Under the pieces are notes generated by a model that saw only the letters and a program-made list of their open reading frames with translations, was not told the origin of the DNA and ran no database searches. Both the position numbers and the translations under genes were made by a program. Of a stretch of DNA of 32,845 nucleotides, positions 24,533 to 32,313 are shown in pieces. Each line of letters starts with the position of its first letter. The stretch's first letter is position 1. The DNA comes from a virus (Duplodnaviria; Caudoviricetes), in IMG/VR virus record IMGVR_UViG_3300047310_000301, positions 1-32,845 of that record; one strand, given 5' to 3'.

Positions 24533-25174
24533 ATGCTTGACTTTAAGTTTCTAGACGCTGATCCCTATGAGGATCGACTTGTTGCTCGTACCGAAGAGGC
24601 TTGGGGCTATATCTCGACAGCTAGTATTAATGACAGCCCCCTTCCCTTCGAGACAGCCATAAGCCACGAACTATACAAGGAGGGCAGGCTTATTATCGTA
24701 GAGGAATACTCTTCAAGAGGAGCTGCCGCGCTGGGTCATGCTGTATGGGTAGCTTTAATGGAGACTAACCCGGTGGCTCTCACTGATGTTAGCTCCACTG
24801 AAGACGCTATTCTCTACAGGGAGCTAGGCGGGCAGACTACTTGGCTCAGGAAAGACCTGACGGCTGAAGAGGTTAATGATATAGCCGACGCCATTGAACT
24901 TCAGTCAATTATTAACGAAGGAGCAACTTCAATTCTAAAGGGAAGCACTAGGCAAGCCTCCGAAGGAGAACTCATGATTATCGGATCGAACACTCCTCTG
25001 GAGATCGGAGAAATAATGGATTTCTGTACTGTGGAGGGAATCGAGACAGTCAAGATCAACCGAGCGGCAACTCCTGAGGAAATTAAATCCTGCGTAAAAC
25101 TAATCCCTGAGGATGAACCTGCATATTTCTATCAGGTAACTAAACTAAATCGACAACTAGGAGGCAAGAACTAA
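24533..25174 (+). CDS. Acidic hypothetical protein
   Basis: ATG 24533 with GAGGAG RBS. Confidence 0.75.
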   Translation: MLDFKFLDADPYEDRLVARTEEAWGYISTASINDSPLPFETAISHELYKEGRLIIVEEYSSRGAAALGHAVWVALMETNPVALTDVSSTEDAILYRELGGQTTWLRKDLTAEEVNDIADAIELQSIINEGATSILKGSTRQASEGELMIIGSNTPLEIGEIMDFCTVEGIETVKINRAATPEEIKSCVKLIPEDEPAYFYQVTKLNRQLGGKN

Positions 25175-26004
25175 TGCCATCGGCTGAGAATCTAACACCA
25201 GAAGGCCGCTTTGTAGGCCTATTTGTAGGAAAGAGCGGGTCCGGGAAGAAAACAGCAGCTTGCTCATTTCCTCATCCGATCAAGTACTTTGACTTTGACG
25301 GGAGAATAAGAGGCATCCTCGGAGCGGACTGGATAGACAGGAAGGATATCAATTACGACTATTATCCTCCTCGCGCCGCTGGTAACAACCCCCTGCCGGT
25401 ATTCCAGAAGCTGAATGATGATCTAGCCGGCCTATTAGCTCAGTGCCAGACAGGACAGTGCCCATATAAGACAGTAATCGTTGCCAGTCTAACAGGGATG
25501 ACATTCGATTTCATCATGGATGCGATGCCGCTAACTCATGGAATGGGAAAGGATAACAAATTTAAGGGCAAGAAGCTAGGAGTCCTGAACATGCCTGGAC
25601 CTGAGGACTATGGCTTTGAGGCTAACGGGACCTATCAAGTTATGAGCTTCTTGCGCTCCCTTCCTATTCCAAACATAATCGTCATGGCCCACGTAATAGA
25701 TCGCTACGGTAAGGCTGATCCGAATGATGACTACTCGGAGCGCGTTGTCGTGGGAGAGAAAATCTCTCTGAGAGATAAGATTAGCGAGAACGTACAGGTC
25801 TATTTCGATCATATCTTCAAGTTCGATAAATCAATGGTGAATCAGTTTGAACACTATACTTGTCAATTTCGCTCCGACATCGCCAGGACCACCTTTAAGG
25901 ACCTGCCTAATGGCGTAGTTGATATAACTAAGCGGGATTTCTATAAGGGAATTATGGCTAAGGTTAATCCGCCTGAAGTCGAGGCCGCTTTGGTGAAACC
26001 GTGA
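25174..26004 (+). CDS. Sak4/AAA_24-like P-loop ATPase (recombination-associated)
   Basis: VGKSGSGKKT, FDFDG, EDYG, IIVMAH, YFD; lies between exonuclease and SSB. Confidence 0.75.
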   Translation: MPSAENLTPEGRFVGLFVGKSGSGKKTAACSFPHPIKYFDFDGRIRGILGADWIDRKDINYDYYPPRAAGNNPLPVFQKLNDDLAGLLAQCQTGQCPYKTVIVASLTGMTFDFIMDAMPLTHGMGKDNKFKGKKLGVLNMPGPEDYGFEANGTYQVMSFLRSLPIPNIIVMAHVIDRYGKADPNDDYSERVVVGEKISLRDKISENVQVYFDHIFKFDKSMVNQFEHYTCQFRSDIARTTFKDLPNGVVDITKRDFYKGIMAKVNPPEVEAALVKP

Positions 26005-26210
26005 GCGGAGTTTACTATAGGATCACAATTCCTCGCTATAAGCCGATCAGGTCTGAAGGCTATAATGTCTACACGGATCTGGACTATAATATGATCTATA
26101 TAGTCAGGGCCGCTTCAGCTAGAGAAGCAATCTCTAAACTACCTCCAGCGGAGAGCCAAGACATAATTACATCAGTTGAATACTTAGGAAGTATCTATGT
26201 CATTGAATAG
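26001..26210 (+). CDS. Hypothetical protein
   Basis: 69 aa, GTGA overlap; YIVRAASAREAI. Confidence 0.55.
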   Translation: MSGVYYRITIPRYKPIRSEGYNVYTDLDYNMIYIVRAASAREAISKLPPAESQDIITSVEYLGSIYVIE

Positions 26211-26321
26211 ACCCCTCAAGTTTCCCTACGATCCCCTGCTACCAGGATCGACAAACCAAGCTCTGAAGTTAGTACTCCTTAAGACAACAGAGAAACCAAA
26301 AGAAAGAGAGACAAAAACAAA

Positions 26322-26741
26322 GTGCCAATCATTAAATTCACAACAGCCGATATCCTTCGCTCAAAGCTTATTGATGAGGGCTGGTATCCTGCTAAAGTTA
26401 CTGAGATCCAAGGGCCTATAGTATCAACCAAGGGCGATAGTCACAACTTCATCGTCCGCTATACGCTTGGGGATAAGTCCCCCGCACCGGGGAAGATCAT
26501 CGAGGAGTACTTTAACTCTAAGGCGATGGGCAAGATGATTCCTCTGGTGGCCGCTTGCAAGGGATCGGATACTAGCACTATTGTAGATAATCCGGCTGAG
26601 TTCAACCTCGATACTGATGAGATCCTGGGGAAAGAACTCGACCTGAAAGTAATCAGGGAACAATACGAGGGCCAGTGGAATAACAAGGCCGGCGGTTATC
26701 TCCCCAAGGGCAAAGCGGCAGGAGTTGCGGTTCCCTTTTAG
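26322..26741 (+). CDS. Single-stranded DNA-binding protein (DUF669-like)
   Basis: LIDEGWYPAKV, EQYEGQWNNK, C-terminal PF; near the Sak4-like gene. Confidence 0.7.
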   Translation: MPIIKFTTADILRSKLIDEGWYPAKVTEIQGPIVSTKGDSHNFIVRYTLGDKSPAPGKIIEEYFNSKAMGKMIPLVAACKGSDTSTIVDNPAEFNLDTDEILGKELDLKVIREQYEGQWNNKAGGYLPKGKAAGVAVPF

Positions 26742-26756
26742 GCTATTAGGGGAATC

Positions 26757-27066
26757 CTTAAAGAGTTATATTCTCTCTCTTAAGCATAAGATCTTCAGGA
26801 GAGAGCTTTAAGTTTGCTCTTAGGAGTTATGAACCTAGGAGTAATCGGAGGGGATTCATTCTTGATCGGGGGAGTCCCCTCCTCTTAAGTGGGAACCGGA
26901 ACTGTAAAATTGATTCCTTGTTAGGCTGTCTTATTCTCAGCACGAGCCAATAAGATCGTCAGAGGTTAGTTCCGATTCCCTCTTCTTATAGGATCTTGGA
27001 GTCATCCGCGACGTTCGAGAGCCTCATCACCTCTCAACTCCTCCAATGGTTCCAGGGTCCTATAAG
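26757..27066 (+). ncRNA. Structured intergenic region: four consecutive stem-loops
   Basis: Stems at 26757-26812, 26847-26882, 26891-26980 and 26985-27066; G-U pairs favour the plus strand. Confidence 0.5.
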
Positions 27067-27074
27067 GAGACACT

Positions 27075-27287
27075 ATGATTTGTCAAGTATACTTAGACAT
27101 AGACAAGGATTCCACGGAGGATGACCTCTTGGCGATACTTAGCCACCTGAGAATTATTCAGGGGATCTATATTCCGCCGGGGAGAGAGAAACTTCCAGCT
27201 TCGCTGGAGATTATAGCAGACATCCTGGATCAAGGGAAATCTCTGGTTAAGGCTCCTTTTATTGCTCGCGTTAAGAAGGAAAACTAG
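27075..27287 (+). CDS. Hypothetical protein
   Basis: 70 aa, AAGGAG RBS, TAGTG overlap with polymerase. Confidence 0.65.
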   Translation: MICQVYLDIDKDSTEDDLLAILSHLRIIQGIYIPPGREKLPASLEIIADILDQGKSLVKAPFIARVKKEN

Positions 27288-28156
27288 TGCTTCAGGGCAG
27301 AGGATCATCGAGTCCGATAGCAATTCTTATTGCTGATGGAGGGCAGGGCGAGGACATAAAGACTAACTATGCCCTTTCGGGCTATCAGGAGAGCCTGCTT
27401 TCTCAGTTCTCAGAGGAAAACAATCTAAGCCTGAATAGCTTCTGGAGAACGGCTCTAGTTAAAGAGGAAGTTACTAAGGCTGAGGACTGGTCTTCCGCAT
27501 ACCTTGCCGCTAATGAGGCTAAGGTAACTCAATACGCTCCCATTTTACTCGAAGAGATTAAGGCCCTGGGAGCTAACCTGCTTATCCCCTTAGGAGAGTT
27601 AGCCTTTAATTTCCTCACCAACATGACAGGCATAAGGAAGTTCCGCGGCTCTGTCCTCCCCTCTAATCCAACTACCTATGGAATCCTGAATCGAGAGTAT
27701 AAGGTCCTGCCGATCCTGGGACCATATCCTTACCTGTACTCTGATTATAAGCAGAGGTATATAACTAGGATCGACTTCGGTAAGATCTCCAGGAATCTGG
27801 GGCCGAATCCTGTACCTGAATCCCTATTCAATGTATGGATATGTAGGAGTTCAAGCGCCTTCAGGAACTTCGTCGAGCGGCACTATGGGAAGTCTGAGTT
27901 CATGGTATTCGACATTGAGACATTTAAGGGCCTGCCTACTTGTATATCCTTTTGCTTTGATGGCCGCGAGTCGGTTTGTGTCCCCTTACTAGATAAGAGT
28001 ATCGACGTTGATATGCGAGTCCTGATGCTAGGACAAGTGGCTAAGCTCCTGGCTAGTCCGATACCTAAGGTCAATCAGAATATTAAGTTCGACTGGAAGA
28101 TCCTAGAGCGATGGAACTTCAAAGTAGCTAGGATTCCTAACTTCGATCTATACTGA
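27287..28156 (+). CDS. DNA polymerase A, N-terminal fragment: degenerate UDG-like domain plus 3'-5' exonuclease motifs I and II
   Basis: EEIKALGANLLIPLGELA..GIRKFRGSV (UDG family 4-like); VFDIET (ExoI); NQNIKFD (ExoII); homologous coding appears to stop near 28129. Confidence 0.8.
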   Translation: MLQGRGSSSPIAILIADGGQGEDIKTNYALSGYQESLLSQFSEENNLSLNSFWRTALVKEEVTKAEDWSSAYLAANEAKVTQYAPILLEEIKALGANLLIPLGELAFNFLTNMTGIRKFRGSVLPSNPTTYGILNREYKVLPILGPYPYLYSDYKQRYITRIDFGKISRNLGPNPVPESLFNVWICRSSSAFRNFVERHYGKSEFMVFDIETFKGLPTCISFCFDGRESVCVPLLDKSIDVDMRVLMLGQVAKLLASPIPKVNQNIKFDWKILERWNFKVARIPNFDLY

Positions 28157-29639
28157 CCTCCCTTACTTCAAGGATGAGGGCAAGGAATTCGATCCGGCCC
28201 GGATTAAGAAGGATCAGTTCTATCTCTATAATGCTAAGGACTCTCTTGCCTGTCATCAGATCTATACTAAGCAGAAAGTGGAACTCTTAGAGCAGGGAGT
28301 AGACGAGGTATATAAAAAGACCATAAGTATCCTGCCGCTATACAAGCAGATGGAAGAGAACGGAATTAGGATAGATCAGGAGGAGAGAGAGCGGCTCCAT
28401 GCTAAATACTCCTCACTCTTTAGGATTCATAACCTCAAGCTGAATAGCCTAGCGAGCAGAGAGTATAACCCACTGTCAAGTCTCGCTATGGATAACCTAA
28501 TCTTTAAGGAGTTGAAGTATAAGACTCTACGCGGAGCAAATGATACTAGCGAAGATTCCTTAATGCTCCTCCGCCTCCTTAGTGAAGCGACTGCCGCACC
28601 GAGCACCGGACCTCTGATAATTGATGAAATCATCGCCTGTCGGAAACTCCACAAGGTTATAGAAATCCTCGAACTTCCTCAGTATCCGGACCACCGCTTC
28701 AGGTGTGAGTTTAAGATAGGCGGTGCGGAGACAGGCAGGACTACTGGAGGTAAATCCCTAGATGAACTCCTAACTCTAACTGATAAGGGAAAGACAGGAA
28801 TCCTCCGCCTGGGCTATTCTCTCCAGACAATAGGAAAGCATGGATTCTCGATTGACGGGATGACCTACGGGCGGGATATTAGGTCTATGTTTGTGCCATC
28901 TCGGGGATATAGATTCGTAGAGAATGATCTATCTCAGGCTGAAGCCAGAGTAGACGCGGTACTAGCCGGTAACTTTAATATCCTAGCGATATTCGATGGT
29001 CCTATTGGTATCCACAGGCTAACAGGCTCCTGGGCTTATGGATGCCCTCCTGAAGAGGTTAAGAAGAACGTCCTAGTAGACGGAATAGACCGCTATCATG
29101 TTGCTAAACAAGTCCGCCACTCAGGGGAGCGTAACATAACAGCAGAAGGCCTAGTAACCAAATTCCTCTGGGGCCTCTCCCTCTCCGAAGGAAAGCGGCT
29201 CCTAGACGTATTCCATAAGTATCAACCGGAGATCAGAGAGGTCTTTCATCGTGATATCATTAGATCTATTGACAGTACTCACTCCCTTATTGCTCCTAAC
29301 GGCAGGCGCCGGGATTTCTTTGATCGCGTCACACGTTCGACGTATAATGAGGGATTCTCATTTCTCCCCCAGGCCATTGTATCCGATCAGACCAAGTTTT
29401 CGCTTCTGGAGACGATGGATAGATTTCCTGAAGCGAGACTCCTAACAGAAGCTCATGATGGAGTTCTTGCAGAAGTGCCTGTCGAGAGAGTAATGGAGTA
29501 CATAGAGATTTACAAGACAAGTATTGAAAAACCTATAGATTTCCGTAAAGGGTCTCTTCCAAGAGATTACTCTTTAGTTATTCCTTGTGAAGCGAGCGCC
29601 GGGGATAACTGGAACGATCTGGTAGAGATTAAGCTCTAA
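28128..29639 (+). CDS. polA: DNA polymerase A, C-terminal fragment (ExoIII and polymerase domain)
   Basis: Frame open from 28128 (LGFLTSIYTDLPYFKDE..YNAKD); ETGR, DLSQAEAR (motif A), AKQVRH (motif B), EAHDG (motif C); ORF track starts at GTG 28278. Confidence 0.9.
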   Translation, partial: LGFLTSIYTDLPYFKDEGKEFDPARIKKDQFYLYNAKDSLACHQIYTKQKVELLEQGVDEVYKKTISILPLYKQMEENGIRIDQEERERLHAKYSSLFRIHNLKLNSLASREYNPLSSLAMDNLIFKELKYKTLRGANDTSEDSLMLLRLLSEATAAPSTGPLIIDEIIACRKLHKVIEILELPQYPDHRFRCEFKIGGAETGRTTGGKSLDELLTLTDKGKTGILRLGYSLQTIGKHGFSIDGMTYGRDIRSMFVPSRGYRFVENDLSQAEARVDAVLAGNFNILAIFDGPIGIHRLTGSWAYGCPPEEVKKNVLVDGIDRYHVAKQVRHSGERNITAEGLVTKFLWGLSLSEGKRLLDVFHKYQPEIREVFHRDIIRSIDSTHSLIAPNGRRRDFFDRVTRSTYNEGFSFLPQAIVSDQTKFSLLETMDRFPEARLLTEAHDGVLAEVPVERVMEYIEIYKTSIEKPIDFRKGSLPRDYSLVIPCEASAGDNWNDLVEIKL

Positions 29640-29717
29640 TGCCTAAAGAGCGTAAGTGCGAGTGTAGCCGCTGTGACCACTGTAGGAAACTTGACTGGCA
29701 ATTCAGGAGGAGATATA

Positions 29718-30014
29718 ATGGAGATAATACTTTGGTGGAGCAACAAGGTAAAGAGGAATCCGGCCCCGATAAAGGACTTCATGCAACTTATGTTGAATCG
29801 CTTAATAGTCGGGCAACTGAGATACGGAGACGTAAATTCATCACAAAACTACTTAGCAAGGCTAAGGGCCGAGCTAAGTGCCTACACCCGTAGCGGCAAC
29901 GCCGAGCAGCTAATAAACATTGCTAATTATGCCTTCCTGGAGAGTCAAGCGCCTCAGAATAAGAAGTTTCACTTCGACAACACGGCGGGATCGGCAACTA
30001 GAAAGAACGAATAG
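29718..30014 (+). CDS. MazG-like / dNTP pyrophosphohydrolase-like protein
   Basis: MLNRLIVGQLRYG...SGNAEQLINIANYAFLE; GGAGGAG RBS before ATG 29718. Confidence 0.5.
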   Translation: MEIILWWSNKVKRNPAPIKDFMQLMLNRLIVGQLRYGDVNSSQNYLARLRAELSAYTRSGNAEQLINIANYAFLESQAPQNKKFHFDNTAGSATRKNE

Positions 30015-31198
30015 TGAACTTTATTCAAGCACTCTTAGAGCATACGAAACTATATGAATCTCCCAACTCATTCTGGAAGTGGTCTGCCTTTGGAGCTATA
30101 TCGGCGGTCTTGCGGGATAACTGCTATCTTAAGCAAGGAGACGACATGCTATTCGCTAATATGTATATACTCCTCCTTGCCGACAGTGCGGTTCAGCGGA
30201 AAGGGCGTCCGGTAAGATTCTGTGAAAAGCTCGTTACTAAGGTCGGAAACACAAAGATCATCAGTGGAAAAGCCTCTATTCAGGGGATTCTTGACACTAT
30301 GGCTACTAACGAAACAGATCCAATCACGGGGAAGGTTAACAAAGGAGGAGCGTCAGTATTTTTTGCAGAGGAATTATCAGCTGCGCTTGTCGCTGATCCC
30401 CAAGCGGTTGCCACCCTTACGAATATGTATGACTATAAGGAAAGATACACCGAACTCCTGAGGACGCGGGCTAAGACTCAGATCAGTAACATGGTATTTA
30501 GCCTTATAGCGGCCTCTAACGAGGATCTACTGAAACAGCTATACGATAAAGCCGCGGTCTCTGGCGGATTACTCGGCAGAACTTTCCTAATAGTTCCTAA
30601 TGAGTTTCGGCCCTCTAATTCTCTCTTCGATATCGAGGATAAATCAGCTAGTTTTGCCGCGCTGGCAACCTTGCTCTCTCAGGTGAGTGATTTGCGGGGA
30701 GCTTTCATAGTTGAGGAAGAAGCTAAGAAAGAGTACGATAGCTGGTATAAGCCCTTCCGCGCCTCTTATAAGGATAGAGCAGACAGGTCCGGAATCGTAG
30801 GCCGCTTGCATACTGGAGTCCTGAAGCTCGCCTTTATCATGGCGGCTAATGACCTGACTGTAAGCGTTAAGAAGACTCACATGGAAGAAGCGATCAACGA
30901 AGGAATGACTCTTGTGCCCAACTATAATACGTTTATTTTCGCAAGCGGAAAGAGTACGATAGCAGAGGCGGGAGGGATAATTATCAATGATCTCCTAGCG
31001 GCTAATCATCAGGAGCATACGCTTACGCGGAAGGAAATACTAAGGTCACACTGGAAGGACTTCGATAGTAAGGTGATGGATGAAGCCGTCTTGACTCTGG
31101 AGCTGGGCGGGCATATTAAGACGATTATTAGGAACAACGAAATGGCTTTTCAGCTAACTGATTACTGTCTCACTTTTATGAAAGGTGGAGTAGAGTGA
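30014..31198 (+). CDS. DUF3987-like (primase-associated type) AAA+ helicase
   Basis: ESPNSFWKW, NMYILLLADS..RK, FAEELS, LTNMYD, GGLLGR; C-terminal winged-helix-like segment. Confidence 0.7.
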   Translation: MNFIQALLEHTKLYESPNSFWKWSAFGAISAVLRDNCYLKQGDDMLFANMYILLLADSAVQRKGRPVRFCEKLVTKVGNTKIISGKASIQGILDTMATNETDPITGKVNKGGASVFFAEELSAALVADPQAVATLTNMYDYKERYTELLRTRAKTQISNMVFSLIAASNEDLLKQLYDKAAVSGGLLGRTFLIVPNEFRPSNSLFDIEDKSASFAALATLLSQVSDLRGAFIVEEEAKKEYDSWYKPFRASYKDRADRSGIVGRLHTGVLKLAFIMAANDLTVSVKKTHMEEAINEGMTLVPNYNTFIFASGKSTIAEAGGIIINDLLAANHQEHTLTRKEILRSHWKDFDSKVMDEAVLTLELGGHIKTIIRNNEMAFQLTDYCLTFMKGGVE

Positions 31199-31347
31199 TC
31201 GTCGCTATCTGGTACCTAAGTGTGAGCCTCTTCCTTGCCGCGCTGGCCTTCTGGATAGGTTACATGAGAGGAAAAATCAAGGGGATGAACGATACTCTGG
31301 ATGGAATTCTGATACGACTAAGAGATGAAGGAGAGGATTATGAGTAA
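31195..31347 (+). CDS. Small membrane protein (50 aa)
   Basis: MIVAIWYLSVSLFLAALAFWIGYMRG...; GTGA overlap. Confidence 0.55.
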   Translation: MIVAIWYLSVSLFLAALAFWIGYMRGKIKGMNDTLDGILIRLRDEGEDYE

Positions 31348-31501
31348 TTTTAAGCTAACACAAGCAGAGGCAAACGCACCTAGACCAAAGCGGCCAACGA
31401 GTAGTCGATTCATTGACTGGGAATATTATTACATTGATCTAGCTTGCTGGAAAGCTACTCAAGCTGAGAAACTATTATCGGGGGTGGAGGATTATGAGTG
31501 A
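31340..31501 (+). CDS. Hypothetical protein (53 aa)
   Basis: MSNFKLTQAEANAPRP...; GAGG RBS. Confidence 0.55.
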   Translation: MSNFKLTQAEANAPRPKRPTSSRFIDWEYYYIDLACWKATQAEKLLSGVEDYE

Positions 31502-31955
31502 CACTAATTCGAGAACACCAAAGGAGATTCTAGAGTATTGCAAGTGGAATGCTGACTTGCCCGCCAAAAATGCAGCTAATCCTGAATATAGCTTTGCTGA
31601 TTGGACAGTCGGGCAAAATCATAAGTTCGCAGATAAAGCCCGCATCGACCTACCCGCGATGACGCAGCGGGTGTTGGATCAGCAGGTGGAGATTAATCGG
31701 CTAATGGCCATCATTGGTGAACTAGCCGTGAATCACGAGACCGAGCGCGACAAGTTAGCCGAAGAAGTTAATGAATTATATAACCGCCTTATTGCTCAGG
31801 TGAGGGATCGCAACAAGCTAGCCGGGCAGGTGCGGGAGGCCAAGGAGCTATTGCAAACTGCATTTGATGTACTGACAGTTACAGAGGATGAATGCGATAA
31901 GGATTGGGTAGCACGAACGGAAAGGTTCCTCGCAGAGACGGAGCAGGCTGGATGA
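31494..31955 (+). CDS. Hypothetical coiled-coil protein
   Basis: 153 aa; FADKARIDLP segment followed by coiled coil; GGAGG RBS. Confidence 0.7.
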   Translation: MSDTNSRTPKEILEYCKWNADLPAKNAANPEYSFADWTVGQNHKFADKARIDLPAMTQRVLDQQVEINRLMAIIGELAVNHETERDKLAEEVNELYNRLIAQVRDRNKLAGQVREAKELLQTAFDVLTVTEDECDKDWVARTERFLAETEQAG

Positions 31956-32068
31956 GCCAAATTCGGTTGTGGTGTAGTTGCGGATTTGCCAAGCATTATA
32001 CGTATGCAGAATTTTTATACTGTCTGCGTTTGGAGCAAGCCGCGAAGGAGAAGGAGGGCGGGAAATGA
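31952..32068 (+). CDS. Hypothetical protein (38 aa)
   Basis: MSQIRLWCSCG...; ATGA overlaps at both ends. Confidence 0.45.
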   Translation: MSQIRLWCSCGFAKHYTYAEFLYCLRLEQAAKEKEGGK

Positions 32069-32310
32069 TAGAACTACTCACCGAAGAAACGGCGCTGGAG
32101 CTAATCGCCAAGACCGACATTGCCAATGTTCATCCAATAGCCAAAGATAATGCCCTAGCCTATGAACTTCTCCGCGCCCAGCAGATCGGCTACAAGCTGG
32201 GGCAGATTGCGGAACTTGAGCGAGGAATACAACACGATAGATTCCTATGGAGACAATCTGAGCACACTCGTCTCCGCGAGCTAAGAGAGGAATTAGAGAA
32301 ACTAGTGTGA
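32065..32310 (+). CDS. Hypothetical protein
   Basis: ATG 32065 with GGAGG RBS; last gene of the rightward arm. Confidence 0.65.
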   Translation: MIELLTEETALELIAKTDIANVHPIAKDNALAYELLRAQQIGYKLGQIAELERGIQHDRFLWRQSEHTRLRELREELEKLV

Positions 32311-32313
32311 TTC

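Noticed and set aside
26197-26421. 74-aa ORF overlapping the SSB start
   Set aside because: Overlaps both neighbours and has no recognisable motif; cannot be excluded but is not supportable
28121-28277. Intron, intein or programmed frameshift in the polymerase
   Set aside because: Sequence is missing, not inserted; no slippery site or splicing elements; a frameshift alone would not restore the absent segment
19064-32126. Minus-strand ORFs inside the replication genes (for example 25576-25812, 28427-28654, 30644-30880)
   Set aside because: Antisense shadows with no independent support, unlike 20741-20938 which has its own promoter
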